Assembly: GCA_973895155.1 (NCBI GenBank)
Contig: OZ316897.1
Coordinates: 10,377,832-10,441,831 of the forward strand
Reading direction: 5' to 3'
Length of the DNA stretch: 64,000 nucleotides
From: Marsupella aquatica
Lineage: Eukaryota > Plantae > Marchantiophyta
This document shows, in pieces, positions 10,254 through 23,734 of the stretch (positions are counted from its first letter, which is position 1; the number at the start of each line of letters is the position of its first letter). A model generated the notes under the pieces. The model was not told where the DNA came from, ran no database searches, and worked only from the letters and a program-made list of their open reading frames with translations. The position numbers and the translations under genes were made by a program.

Positions 10254-13200
10254 TTAGTGAAATATCTTGACGTCAGGAATGTAGATGCCAGCCTCGCACA
10301 ATAATGGATTTTCATAAATCCTATTAGACTCCAAATCATTATAGAACAAATACTCTCCTTCAAAGTCATGACCAAAATGCTCTCTTGGTTGAAATGAATG
10401 GAAGTGATGCCTCACTTTTGGATGCTTTCCAAAACCATACAGATCCACCTTCTCACAAAGTGCAAGAGCTGTAATTACAGCTTGAAACCCCGAAGAATAG
10501 TGGAACTCATGTTTGTGTGCATTTTCCCATTGTGTTACGCCACCTGAGCCAAGGATAAAAGTTTTTGAATATGTAACTGAAAGCCAAATACTTTGTCAAG
10601 TTTGAAGATATTCAAAGGTGCCTATCCTTGGAATATTCTCACACTGCCTTTCAGCTCCTTCCAAGCATTTGATCATTTGAATCAAGAACATTTTTTTTGC
10701 AATCTTTGCATAAGTTTCAACTTACCTAAATTAAATAAGTTGAGACATAACTTATCAACGGATTGTCACAAAAGTATTTATAATATTTTTTACTTGAGCT
10801 TGGACTGCTTAGTGCTCTTATTTTGTTTTTTAACTTTTTATAGCTCAGTGTTCATAATGTCTCGTACATTTAAAGTTGAAAATTCGACTCAAAGATTAAG
10901 ATATCCACAAATTTTTATGTTTCAAGCCTCTGTAATACTATGTATGTAATTCAAAACTTCTGCCATTCACCCGAAGTTACTTAAACGGGCAAGTTATAGC
11001 ATGATCAAAGCTGGGATCAAAGTGTCGTAGTTACCACAAAACTATGAAGATCATTTGAATGAATATGCTTTGACATGCGAGAGAGAATGGAATGTGTACT
11101 GGCATCTCCTTAGAAGAAACTAAGAACAAATGGGATTACTCTTTTTGTGAATTTAATAAAGAAGTGATCACCATAGTACCTTTCCCACTCTCCAAAAAAT
11201 GTCTTAGAGAGTACCATGTAGCAAGTCTAGACACAAATGCATCAAAGCTTCCATCCGTCAAAAAGAGAGGAGTCTCATCTTCAAATGAGCAGCAGGCAAC
11301 ACTTATGGCATGCTCAGGTACACAAAGATATACCATAATTGGCACCTCTGTACCTGCAAAGTAAGTTTGATAGTGGATTCAAGTAAGAGAGTTGCGAGAG
11401 GAAACTATTTCCATGTGGCAGGTCAAATATTTGTTTGGAGATTTCCATGAGAAAAATAGTGAATAATGATGCTTGTGTTCAACATTGACTACAATATCCT
11501 CCTCAACACAGGTTGAATCTTTTGTTATAATTTTGTACGGGACTATGTCTTAACTTCGGTTAAGGCATTCTCTTTACTTTGACTGATGCAAATTCCTACC
11601 TCAGAAAAGTAAATCATAGTGATTACTCATTGGATCTATGGAGTACAAATCTCCAGATCTAGCTTGATGACAGTAAAATTCAATATAGGATGAATGTGAA
11701 AGTTAACTCATATTTAAAACAAAAGTTAGAATTCTTTGAGACTAGACTATATATCTTGAAATAAATACCTGGCTATCAATATTAAGAGAAAGTCAAGCTT
11801 GCTTTTGAAGACATGTTTTGACTTTGCATTCCAATTTTAATTTGAACTTTGTAAATGCCATACTAGCTCACCATAAGGATGACATTTACAGCGGTGAAAT
11901 AACTTCAGGCATGATTGGAGAATATGACTATTCATAAAAGTCAGTGTAGTCTTTGCACCAACATGCTCCTCCAAGAAGGTTTTGTTCCTACTATGAGTAT
12001 TTAGTGCATTGTTTAAGCGGATCACCATTGTGTGACGATCAATCTCTGGTCCTCTCCGAGAGTTCCAAAGCACACCACTATTCCCAACAACAGCGCAACT
12101 TTCATATCGATCCAATGGAGGGTGGGTTTGTCCTACAGCCCACAAGAGAAAATTAAAGCTCAAAAAAACTCACTCATATACAACAGATGGACAATTTTCA
12201 GATCAGGTTCAACTTCAATCTGGTATTGAGGGAAGATGTAGTAACTGATTAGTCTGAGTTCTCCCCTCCTGAGAACATTGACTCTTCCCTTTTGTGTGCT
12301 ACCTCCCTTGAAGTTGCTTGCTTTTCTATAAAGTTCCCTTTCAAGGCAAAAATGTGTAGCTCATCATGATAGAGAGTCTTTTGCCATATTTTGTAGCTTT
12401 ACTCCATTTTCTAGTAATCATTATATTGATCATGTCCCATCAAAACATGTAAATCCTGTGAGTCTTTGACTACAAAATCAAAAGCATTCTTCGAGGCATT
12501 CTTTATCTTCATCTGATAGAACAAACCATGTAATAGTTGTGATTCTTTCTCTACATGTTTTGATTTTATTGTATGTTTCATTCACACATATCTAGAAAAC
12601 AAAAGTACAGCCTGTAATGGAATTTGCATACTAGATACTTCAGTAATTATGCTGAGCTATGATAAGTAAGATGAATATGGGAACACAATTGAATAAAGTC
12701 TAGCAAACAAGCCTAAATATTCATGGAGATTATTGTCACCTTGCAATAAGTTCACATCATTCAATATCTGGTTTATGCCCAGTGGACTTCGGATAGTGCC
12801 AATCCATTTGTCTTTTCACAATTCGGAGGAGATTCTTCATTGATTCTGGCTTATAGGTATTGTGATTAGCCCGAGTCATAAGAATATCATGGAATATTGC
12901 ATGAATATGATGAAAAGGATCTGATATCTTTCCTTGTGCTAGTAAAACAAGCCTTTCGTTTGGCCATGTAAGTCTCCTTTCATTCTCCTCAAGTATTTGT
13001 TGTATGCAGTGTTGTCTCCATTCTTTTGACACAGAGTTGTTCACTATGTACATCATGAGCTCCTTGTTGAATGTGCTATCATTAACAAGATGACAATCTG
13101 GCAAAGGATGAACATCATTTCTTGTGGAGACTAAGTGAAAGAGTGCATCATGCCAAGGAATTGTAGCCCTAATGTCCTGTGTGATGTGCAAAAGATTGCC

Positions 13201-13275
13201 CCAAAAAGTGCCTGTGAAGACTACTAGTACCACAACGTAGAGATAATGTGCCAAGCTGTGAGCTTTGAAAACCAT
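10254..13275 (-). CDS. Glycosyltransferase family 29 (sialyltransferase-like / GALT29A-like), 4 exons: about 13275-12740, 12132-11872, 11353-11180, 10543-10254; apparent 1-nt frameshift at end of exon 1
   Basis: N-terminal hydrophobic TM segment; sialylmotif L CAVVGNSG...EID...VIRLNNA; motif [27 protein letters not shown]; HHFH...HDFEGE. GT-AG junctions are in compatible phase for exons 2-4. Confidence 0.85.
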
Positions 13276-13871
13276 AGAGAAAGGCCCTAATTGGGACAAT
13301 TGTAATCATGGGGGAGCTGTCCTGGCTAGTTTAGTTTTGAGCCCACTGCCAGATTATGCTTGCATAAAGCCAAGACCATTGAAGTTCTTTTGAGAGTTTA
13401 CCAAATGAATACTTTGGATAATTGAAAGGAAGTTGTATGCGAATGTGGGTAGTAACATTAAAGCCGCCTCCAATATATATGCAACTTAGATCCAAGTGGG
13501 GGGCCTCCTTTGTAGCCTGCCACCACTAGAAATAGGAAAGGTTAAGGTTGAACTTCACATTAGACTGACGTTGCATGATAGATATGGATGTACATGTAAA
13601 TGCAATGGTGATGCGCCTTATGAAGCATTGAAGATATTGCTCTTCCTTGTGCCATTAATTTCCTGACATCAATTCTGACTTGAAATTTTGGAATTGCTCC
13701 TACAAAAGAATTGGTTTCGGAAAGGTGATATTCAAATAAACTATTGTGTCATAAGTATCGGTGAACTCTAATCTACTATTTGTAAGTCTCTTGCTTTGTA
13801 TAGAAAATTTACTTGCACACTCTCCACATTTATTCTATTAGAATTCATTAAGTCTAAGCAATTGTGGAGAA

Positions 13872-14092
13872 CAGCTTTTAAGTACATTGCCACTAAAGAT
13901 GTTTGAATTTACAATACTGCCACTGTTTTTTTTCGTATTTACAAAAATGCCATGATTTCCATATATAGTTCCCCTAGTTACCTTGGTAAACTTGTTATCC
14001 GTATACAAAATAGTGACATTTTTACAAATACAGAAAAACAATGACATGATTGTGAATTAGAACATCTTTAGTGACAAAATAATCAAAAGTTG
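13872..14092. mobile_element. MITE (about 220 bp, long TIRs, 10-bp TSD; Mutator-like by TSD length), copy 1
   Basis: TIRs CAGCTTTTAAGTACATTGCCACTAAAGATGTT / AACATCTTTAGTGACAAAATAATCAAAAGTTG; flanks TTGTGGAGAA / TTGTAGAGAA (9 of 10 match). Confidence 0.82.
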
Positions 14093-15949
14093 TTGTAGAG
14101 AAAGAAGCACATTTGGATGGAAGGCACTGACAAAGGCAATAATGTCAAAATCTACAGGTTTACCATTTTAAAAATTTGTTCCCCTATAAATAGTTGACCG
14201 CTGAAGCTAATTACTTTCAAAGTTCATAGAAACTGGCATAGAAATTTCTGAAACCCGAATTGTGATACTTTTCTAAAAACAATTTGTTCAGATTTAAAAC
14301 CTTGAAATTATATCTTTAATTCTGGAAATGCCCCTATGTAGCTAAGAAGACATATATGTACTACAAAACTACTTTCCTGACTTTTGTAACCACGTAAAAG
14401 CCATTGTTGCATGACATGGAGTAGTTTATTGCAGAGGTGGTTGCACTTGGGATTTTAGGGCATGCCAAAGCACCATCTGCATATGTTCACAGACCCCCAT
14501 TAGGGTTTTCATTGGGAAGAAAAAGAAACACCTGTCACTTGCCTATCCAACGATTAATACGTGCAAACCATATTTTTTGTCGCTTAAACCGTTGGTATCG
14601 TATTACGGGGTCGTGAAGGGACGCTATTTGGAGGATTTCCACACCTAAGGATGAGTATGTTTGATTCCGCTCCCGAAAGTGTACTTTTTGATCAAGTCTG
14701 CTGACTGGTCTCTCCTTTTTTTTATCAAGTCCAAGGGATTGGCCCTACCATCTACAACTCATGCCCACCGGGTGAGTGCTTTCACCACCCCCCTCTCATA
14801 GGCAAACATACAAATGTTTACAATAAGATTTGAACACTAGTGACAAGGGCAAATGTTTCCACAACGAAACCGACCACATGCACTAGGGGAGGAAAACAAA
14901 CAACACAAGCAACAACAAGTGACGCACAAAATATTGGAACCTCAAGCTAAATCCATATCTCTTGGTGTTTCCCGTAACACATGCAAGGACAACCCGGCCT
15001 CCTGCCGTCTGCCCAACTCCTGTCTCCCGGGGAGAAGTGCTACGTTCTCCACCTTACTACTCTGGCTTGAACTTCTCCTAATCGGTGCGCTACTCACAAA
15101 AGCTACTCAAAAGCATCAAAGCACTACGCTGAGTCCCCCCCCTAGCTCACTACGGGGCTCCCCCTAAATACTGAAAAAAACACACCAAAGCACCCCTCAT
15201 GGGGTCACAATGATTTCGGCTACCCTAGCAGCACCGCTAAAACCTTTCACGAGAAATCTCTAACCTAAAACATGCGGCACACACATGCTTCTAAAACCCT
15301 AAACTAACTATGGGACCGACTGTGCCTTCAACGGTGCCAACCAACAATCCGGAATCCGTAGTCTCAGGGAAGTGAGGAGGCCCTCACATGGTCGAAACCT
15401 AAAATATTTCAAACTACTCCCCTGAGGGGAACCCTGGACAGCCCTGCTCCTCCTGATCACGGATCCGTAAATGGCACTCGAAACGGATCCCGAACGGTCG
15501 AGATATGATCGTTTAAGTTTTTACGAGACACCGTCCCCCTCTATTTCGTCCGTACAACACCAGGTGGGCCTGACTTTGAAAAATATAGATCACGGTCTCC
15601 GTAGGTGCTGCTACTTCCTCATCTCCTTGGAAAGCCGGGACCTCCTGAAGTACGGACTTCCGTACAGCCTCCAAACTCCCATATTCTCAAAAAAATGTGA
15701 TACAGTGTATCTCCTTCATCTTAGCTCCGTTTTGGCCATGTGACACGTCGTTGGATTCAGCTCGGCAAGCTCTTTCCAACAAGCCCATAAAATCCTGATT
15801 TTGAGATGGTTGAAAATCTGATGTTCGTCCAACCAGGGTCAGTACACACATTGAAAGGAAACACAAGAGGGAAAAGGTTTAGGGTTTAGGAATGGGTGGG
15901 AACCCCACAAGTGAGAATAGAGAAAAAATGGAAGGAAGAAAGTGTGAGG

Positions 15950-16035
15950 GCCCCTTCTACGGAGTAGTTCTTCTACGGAGTGCCTCTATTCTTCTATAGA
16001 GTGCCCCTCCTACAGAGTGCCCCTTCTACGGAGTG
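15950..16035 (+). repeat. Short degenerate tandem repeat (CCCTTCTACGGAGTG-like, about 5 units) within probable TE-derived non-coding DNA of about 14.8-16.7 kb
   Basis: Repeated TTCTACGGAGT units are visible; the surrounding DNA lacks a recognisable ORF. Confidence 0.5.
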
Positions 16036-17681
16036 GGGAAGGGAAAGAGGACAAAAACCATGTGAGGACCACACAAAGGGTGAAGGAGAACACAAGTGTG
16101 GGAACCCCTTCCTTCTAAGGGCCCTCCCACCATCATTACTCCAAGATTGCCTAGTTTTACCGTTTTATGGGCATTGAGGTTTCTCAAGATGTCACTATTT
16201 GATACAGACCTAAACTCAACTAGGGAACCCCAATTTCGCATGGGGCTCATTGAGGGCTTCAAAATGAATTCAAACATGACCATGTTTGGAATTGTACTAG
16301 CGCAGCAGCGTCTGTTTCAAGTTTCAACATTTTCTATATTTTGGTCATTATTCCCATTTTGCGTTTTATGTGGAGCCTCCGGCCAGCCCCCACCCCTCCG
16401 AGATGCCCACACCGTGCCTCCAAGTCCTTGGGATACCTTGTGGCCTCCTTGTACCCCCTCAATGGTTCCCTTGTCATCCATCACCTCCCGACACCCCTCT
16501 CAACTCCGGTCTCCGGCTGTCGCATTCATTTATTAGAACTAACAAAAATAAAAAATTTGAAAATCCAAACACTTTTGCTACACTTACTTGTATTTCTACT
16601 TATCTACGCAATTATAAGTCCTCACTTAGTTACTACTGGGTTTGGGGCCCTGTCACAACACCCAAATCTTGTTTGCAACAATTTTTGTGTAAATTTTGGG
16701 GCGCCATGACATAAACCTCAAGCGGTAAAAAAACCAATCTACAAAGGAAGAGATGAAACATTTTTAACAATAACCGTTTTACTTACCTTTTTGAATTTTT
16801 GTAAATTGACAATGTATATTTCTCATTAAATTTAGAAAAGTAACCAGATCAGTGTTTAATACCAAAGGCAGTTAAGTAACTACCCTAACAAAAGTAGGAA
16901 TGTCCTTGTATTGTGCCAGATTCCCTGATGCGTGGAATTCCTGCTACCGGTTGAAGATGGCAGCTACGTATGGGGATAGGTCTGGTCTGATGTTGAAGGA
17001 TTGTAGCAAAATGTTATCTCCTTTGATGACATTGAATAGTTTTATGTTTGTGCTCTCCGTTTGTCGTTGATGCCACAATTAGTCATGCTAATTTCCATTT
17101 ATGTAAAATAAAATAATAATGATAATAATAAATGCCGTTTATGTCACTGCTTCTTTCAACATTTGTGAGTGAAGTGGTGCAGCAGCTCCGCTCTCTCCTT
17201 CTCTATCTCTCCAGGAGTCCTTTTGTTCGTCGGAGATGGTGTGGAAAGAGTGATAGGGAGAGAGTAACTGTAGGCATTTTGACATTGAATTAAAAATCTT
17301 ACTTTGCTTCTCTTCCCTCAACTATTCTATCTGTTCTGTGGGGTGCACCTTTGCTTCTTTCCGCCGCCTCTCTTGTAGTTCTTCAATGGTTGTTGTAGAA
17401 ATCTTTAGTGTTGTAGCTATGCAGCAGGGAGCGAGATGATTGAGTGAGTGATGCGAGAACCAATTGCTTTTGCTGTTGTTGACAGTTTTTTGTTCATAAA
17501 GTCAGAAAATATGCATCCAAGGAATGCACTTCCTAATGCATCTACTCAACTTATTGGGTGTGCACCTTTCAATTCGCTGCCCCTCTTGGGGCAATTGATA
17601 ACACAAGGATCGTCCGGAATGAGATTGAGTTGTTGCTGATTAGAATCTCAAAAGCAGTAATGGCATCAGCATTAAAAAATT

Positions 17682-17903
17682 TAGCTTTAAATACATTGTC
17701 ACTAAAGATGTTTGAATTTATAATACTGCCATAATTTTTTTTGTATTTACAAAAATGCCACGGTTTCCGTATATAGCTCCCCTCGTTACCTTGGTGAACT
17801 TGTCATCCATATACATTGTAACCGTGGTATTGTTATAAATACAAACAAACCGTGGAAGTATTGTCAATTAGGATATTGTTAGTGGCAAAGTACTTAAGAG
17901 CTA
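17682..17903. mobile_element. MITE copy 2
   Basis: Homologous to 13872-14092; perfect 10-bp TSD TTAAAAAATT at 17672-17681 and 17904-17913. Confidence 0.85.
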
Positions 17904-19443
17904 TTAAAAAATTATCCTACAACAGTCATCTTTAAAGTGATAAACACATTCAACTATCATAATTGATCGGTGTCTAAGATGGCGTTGGCCATACAATCAG
18001 ATTGCTTGCTAAGAGAACATAAATCCTAGGTATCTAGAGCAAGCTCTAAATCTTGAACTATGCAGGGTAGTATTGATTTCCATTGAGTTCCACTTCAGTG
18101 AGTGAATCGGTTACACCACTAAGAGCTCCCCAGTTTGTGCTGGATGTTTTTAAGACGAGCAAGAACACTTGATGCCTTCTATAGGAGATATAAAAGATCA
18201 TGTGACTTTTAGACAACATAAATTTGCCAGTTGAACACTCCGGCCAAATGAACTGTCCAGATGGCATTTCAAGGTAAGGCATGATCCTTGAAAGTAATGG
18301 TTGCTGGATATTGGCTCAAGAAATGTACTTTTGTTTTTAAAAAATTGTCAAAAACACCATGAATAAATGTTGAGGTGCCCACTTTTACGGCTTCTGATTA
18401 GTCACTTGTGAGGATGATCTAACATAGATACTCATGCAGAGACTTTATCTTGAGCTAAACTGATGAGTTAAACGCCAGTTGTCGAACATGGACAGTACCC
18501 AAGGCAACCTTCACATCATCAATTCATCATCAACTTATACACAGAGAAGCTCTCATAAGTAAAACTCAGCTCCACAACACGATCAAAATTTGCTCTAGAG
18601 CAGTAACCAAGCTCTGGAAAATGCAAAACTTGGTCACGGCAAGTTTTGTTTTTGACGCAAAACCTAGGTGGATACATGTAGTTCAATTGTGTTGGAACAA
18701 TGATGCAAGAGGGTCCTTGTTTTTCTTCAAGATTAAAGACAAAATTTCTATTCGAAGGAATGCAATTTGCCTTGTGGTTTGAAAGGGATTTTGTCCATTC
18801 CTTATAGGATGAGAAAGCCATATAAACAAGGAAGCGGTGATTGAATATTAAAGTTAGACATAAGGAAGCCAGGAGTTTCTAAGTGCCAAGAGGGACACCA
18901 CAGTGAGTCAAAATTGATGTTGAGGCTTGTTAGCAAAGTGGTACGTGAAGGGCAGAAATTGACGTAGATGCACAACCATAGATTACACGACACAATTACC
19001 AACTCGTGTGGAAGTCACTTGCTTCGGGATGTATAATATTATGCAGATTTAGGAACGAGCTACCAGACCTGGTGTCACAGCCAAAGTTGATGCACATCAT
19101 TAGGGAGACAACAATTGGGACCTCAGCATCTCCACAGGAGTACGGTTTCCAGACGTGTCTCCAGACTAAAGAGAGTGCAAAGAGCTTACACACCAGTAAT
19201 CTGAGTAGGGGCGATGTTGAGCCCATGCACAATTGGACAATTGGATGCAAAGAAACAAGAGGGTCCACGGATTAATTGTATTGCAGAAAACAAATGGTAC
19301 TCAAGACAAATACTCACAACATGCCTCAAAGGGGCCGCCTGTAAGGCAACAAACATCCAAACATCCTGTGCCTACCATAAGATACATACAATATATGTGT
19401 ATATGATGGTGTTCTGACATAATCATCATATAGAGCCTTTTAA

Positions 19444-19655
19444 CAACTTGTAACTCCTTGGCTACTAAAGATGTTCTGGTTGACAATACTATCAGAGTTT
19501 TTTTGTATTTAAAAATATGTCACTGTTTCGTATATATGGACAACAAGTTCACAAATGTAACTAGGATAACCATATACAAAAGCTGTGCATGTTTATAAAT
19601 GCTGTAAAGCAGTGGCAACATTGTAAATTGGAACATTTTAGTGGCAACTGGCCTA
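19444..19655. mobile_element. MITE copy 3 (older, opposite orientation)
   Basis: CTACTAAAGATGTT...AACATTTTAGTGGCA TIR cores with the internal sequence reversed relative to copy 1; TSD not discernible. Confidence 0.6.
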
Positions 19656-21041
19656 ATTATGCGTTCCTTGAACCTAAATAGAGATGAGGAGAGGAGACAG
19701 AAAAACTTGCAGAAAAAAGGATTCCCCCTTATGACCTGTTTATCTTTGTCCCCATCCCTGCTTATGTTTGTACCCTCACTTGCAATAATGCCTCACTTAG
19801 AGTTATGGTGTAGAGGCTTGACTCTGGACAATAGTCCTAGAAAGTAGCTATCAATTGCGTTATATTAGTTAGATGTAGCTAAAATATTTAAATAGATTAC
19901 TATTTTCATTGGACCATTCCAAGTTCATTGGTAATCTACATAAATTTTTGTGTATGATCATGCTTTGACATGCCCTATTGAACATGCAAAAGAGACATGA
20001 GCCAGGTCAAATTGACCCCCCTTTCTTGGCCCCCTTTCTTGGACCAGGCCAAGGCTATTGGTAAGATACATAAAATTTCCACGTTATCGTGCATTTGACA
20101 TGCCCTGTTCAAATAGGCAACGAGGCATGAGCCATGACTACTCTAATTGGTGCGTGCGTAAATCCTGTCAGGAAGACAGGTTACCTGCATGTAAACATTT
20201 TTGGAGGCCTTGCTATTCCCATAATCTGTTGCCCAAAAGTAGTCTTCCCAAAAGTAGTCTTTTTCCGGACAGAAATTACAAATTTGTAATGCATTTTTGG
20301 CCAGGGGTTCTAGCCTGTAACCCTATGACCAGAAAGTGAAGAAAACCTGACCGGCGGCACATTTTTTGGTCTGTCGCGGCAGTCTTTGTGTAGGAGTTAG
20401 GCACCAACTTTGAGCACAACTCTGGTTACCCATGGAATTTCTAATCCATGCGGCTACGCTCATAATCTTGTGCCCCTAAATTCATACCCGGATAACCTTC
20501 TTCCAGACAAAAATAATGTACTGAACCCATGTCTGGGTTCTACTCTCGTGTCCCAAATGTCCCGGCGAAAGGCTGTTGTAGGTGAGAACTCAGGAGGTAA
20601 GTGTGCAGGGAGAGAACACTAGGTGAAAACTCAGGCCGTAAATGTGCAGTGTAAAAGTCGGTGCATCCATCCGGTAGGAGAAAACTCAGGACGAAAGTGT
20701 GGACCAGATACAGTCCAATAGACGCGCCCAACTCAGCCGAGAAGAGCAGGCTTGCGCCGGATTACACGCGAGTTTGGGTTTGGATAGGGGAGCGGAAAGT
20801 GAGCAAAACAAGCTCCTCCCATTCGCTCTCTTCAGCATCCATCCAGTCCAGTAGGAGCGAGTGGAGAGATAGAATGATGACGTCCCTGAGACCCTGACGG
20901 TCTGCCATAGCTGATTTGCCAGGCTCAAGCTTTCGCCGAACATCCATTCCTTGTAGCGATAGTTCTACAACTTGTACCTCGAGAGCAGGGAATTGGGAAG
21001 AGAACTTTGAAAGTTTGGGTGTTGCATTTGCTCGTGAAAAA

Positions 21042-21791
21042 ATGGCAACCGTGTCGATGGCTGCCGTCGCACCCGCGGGTTTGGTCTCTCCATTGGTGGT
21101 GAAAGACTTGTCGTCGAAGAAATTCTTCGGCGGCAACACCGTGAAGGCGTCGGTGTTGAGTAAGGGTGTGAAGGCTAGGACTGTCTGCGCCGCGGCTGAG
21201 GAGAAGAAGTCCATTGGTGAGAATGCAGGGCAAGTTGCCACTGCCTTGGCTCTGGCTGCGATTGTAGGAACTGCTCCCTTCGCTTCCCCGGAGAATGCCA
21301 TGGCCGATGTGGCTGGATTGACCCCTTGCAAGGAGTCGAAGGCGTTTGCGAAGAGGGAGAAGACGGAGATTAAGAAGTTGGAGGGTAGGTTGAAGCTGTA
21401 CGCTGAGGACAGCGCCCCCGCTCTCGCCATCAAGTCCACTGTCGAGAAGACCAAGAGGAGGTTTGCTTTCTACGGTGACGCTGGTCTTCTCTGCGGAACC
21501 GATGGTCTCCCCCATCTGATCGTTGATGGTGACCAGGCTCATCTCGGTGAGTTCGTCTACCCCGGCATTGTGTTTCTGTACATCGCAGGGTGGATTGGAT
21601 GGGTGGGAAGGAGCTATTTGATCGAGATCAGGTCTATGAAGAAGCCAACGGAGAAGGAGATCATCATCGACGTGCCTTTGGCTGTCAGCCTGTTGTGGAA
21701 GGGAGCAGTGTGGCCCATTGCTGCCGTCCGAGACCTTAGGAACGGTGACCTCATTGAGGAGGACGCCAACATCACCGTCTCTCCCCGATAA
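21042..21791 (+). CDS. PSAF: Photosystem I reaction centre subunit III precursor, intronless, 249 aa
   Basis: Bipartite transit peptide ending AMA, mature [60 protein letters not shown]-terminal ITVSPR. Confidence 0.98.
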   Translation: MATVSMAAVAPAGLVSPLVVKDLSSKKFFGGNTVKASVLSKGVKARTVCAAAEEKKSIGENAGQVATALALAAIVGTAPFASPENAMADVAGLTPCKESKAFAKREKTEIKKLEGRLKLYAEDSAPALAIKSTVEKTKRRFAFYGDAGLLCGTDGLPHLIVDGDQAHLGEFVYPGIVFLYIAGWIGWVGRSYLIEIRSMKKPTEKEIIIDVPLAVSLLWKGAVWPIAAVRDLRNGDLIEEDANITVSPR

Positions 21792-22143
21792 ATGAGCATT
21801 GGGACGTTGTCCTCATGTAAAGAACTTCGCAGCAAATCAATCGTTCCTGTTAGCTAAATTCGCTCTTCTTTCCTCAAAAGTGAAGTGCTTAGGAGGTTGA
21901 GCCGGCTGGCTGAGGTCAATGTATCAATCCTATCCAGCAGGTCTGCTGTGCTGTATGTAATTTTAAGTAACAACCTCGTGTGTAGGTTTGGCACTTGATT
22001 GTCTCGGACTTGTATCATTGATGGTCATGTTTTCCATCAGATTTTGGATACTAGTACCAAATTGGCTGCACTGTGCATTTTAACCAAGAACTTGTGACTA
22101 CAAGGTTGTCTACCACAGAGAGTTTTAAAATTGTAAATACAAA

Positions 22144-22478
22144 TCACCACAGTCCGTTCGGAAAGCTGGAAACCTTGATATGTTGCACGAGCACAGGCTC
22201 CTTTCCACTCTCGTCCAGATAGTATGGTCCCGCGTAAGCAACATCGTTCCTCCCACTATTCGCGTACTCTTCGTCGGTTCCATCATGTGGCTCATCGGCC
22301 TTGAAATGACTCTGGCCGGGAGTTCGAAGTCGTGCCGACATGTATCCGTCTGACGTGTTCACGTTCATACCGTGAGCAGTCGATTCCATGGAATAGATTT
22401 TATCATCCGGATCGAATCCTCTGTATCTAAGATGTCGACTTTATCTGCACCGATGAACTGCGACTTCAGAGTCGACAT
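22144..22478 (-). pseudogene. Decayed lipocalin-like domain gene (Lipocalin_5 type, typical of fungi and bacteria)
   Basis: Joining frames gives MSTLKSQFIGA...DPDDKIYSMESTAHGMNVNTSDGYMSARLRTPGQ...GTDEEYANSGRNDVAYAGPYYLDE...VLVQHIKVSSFPN. This resembles the L.GAW.L..Y..YP.G....G...Y..DGYMSA.L...Y.AY.G.F.......H.M..S.FPNW pattern. Frameshifted and 3'-truncated. Confidence 0.65.
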
Positions 22479-23357
22479 TGGCATACAGATTGCCGCTCTT
22501 GTGGAACTCGAGATTGAATCTGGTAAATTCCAGAATCTAGTACGAATTCTGCGTACGTTTCGGATTAAGGAACCATGCGACTGGGAATTCTCGTGGCTTT
22601 CGATAGATGACTGCTTGACGGATTTAGAGACGAGTGCATGATCGAAGCCCTTCGATAGATAGCTACCTGACGGATCCGAAGAAAAACCTCCGGTGGTCTT
22701 CATTAGACCGTAATTGCCTTGAGGATTCCAAATAAAATGTCGGTGGCCTTCGATATCTAGATACAGTAGGTGTCCTGCAGTCCTATGTCGACACACATAC
22801 GTCAATCATGTGAAATGGTTTCTCCTAACTTGCATCTCAGATGGCAATCGAACGTTTACTGAACGTTTCTTGTACTCCTGGAGTGGACAAGAACTGCATA
22901 ACCGGATTATTGTAAGATCTGTTCATGAAGACATCCCGCATCTTCATCTCGATATATTTACATCAATCGTGTGATTTGAGGTCTACTATATAGCTTTCCT
23001 CATAGAGATTGAAGTTTACCACTACCAGCGATAGTCGAGATCAATCGTGAGATTTGAGGACTGCTAAATGGCTTTCCTCATAGAGATTGAAGTTTTCCGG
23101 TACTAGCAATCGTCGAGCAGTCAATTATGCCTGCCTGAATTTGTCTATTAGGTTGGCGCCAAGGAGACTTATCAGTGCGAGTAGGGAAGCGTTCTATCCA
23201 GTCAATCACTATCGGTAAAAACGAATGTCACAATCTTGAGAGTACCATGATCACAACAATCTGCAGGTAACCTTTCCGTGGATTTCGTTACTCTTATTCA
23301 ATACTATGCATCACCACTTCCTGCTTCTCGAATGTTATCAGAGAAAGTGGACATGTA

Positions 23358-23512
23358 TCGTACTCCATATCTTTCCATGAAAATCTTTCTTTTGTTCCGT
23401 GGAAACCATATCTTTCAATCTGAACTGATAAACGATACTCCATATCTTTCCATGAAAATCTTTTTTTGGTTCCGTGGAAACCATATCTTTCAAGCTGAAC
23501 TGATAAACGATA
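23358..23512 (+). repeat. About 75-bp tandem duplication (also an about 77-bp duplication at 22963-23110)
   Basis: TACTCCATATCTTTCCATGAAAATC...GAACTGATAAACGATAC occurs twice. Confidence 0.8.
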
Positions 23513-23734
23513 CACGCGCCCCTTTCAATCTGTCAATAAAGTATTCCTTACCTTTCTTGTAGCCATCGAATAAGTTGGTGCAGTCGCAACACATCAACAT
23601 TTCGAATATTCATCTGTTCTTCGAACTCTCATACGGTCACTAGACGACTCTTCTGTAGAGTCCTAAAATGTGTCCTTAGAATGTACTGGCTTTGTGTTCA
23701 TCGCATGTACGCAGATATCCAATGCACCTGGTAT

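Noticed and set aside
13889-14073. CACTA...TAGTG pair as termini of a CACTA element
   Set aside because: The inverted repeat continues about 19 bp further out and is bounded by 10-bp, not 3-bp, TSDs.
16651-16711. TGTCACAACACCC...GGGGCGCCATGACA as a mini solo LTR
   Set aside because: Only 61 bp and no matching TSD; at best a relic.
17130-19400. Possible decayed LINE/TE coding remnants
   Set aside because: Frames are broken by many stops and I found no diagnostic motif; cannot be supported without a search.
20762-21542. Long antisense ORFs over psaF, and the N-terminal extension from 20916
   Set aside because: Shadow frames of a GC-rich CDS; the transit peptide starts at ATG 21042.
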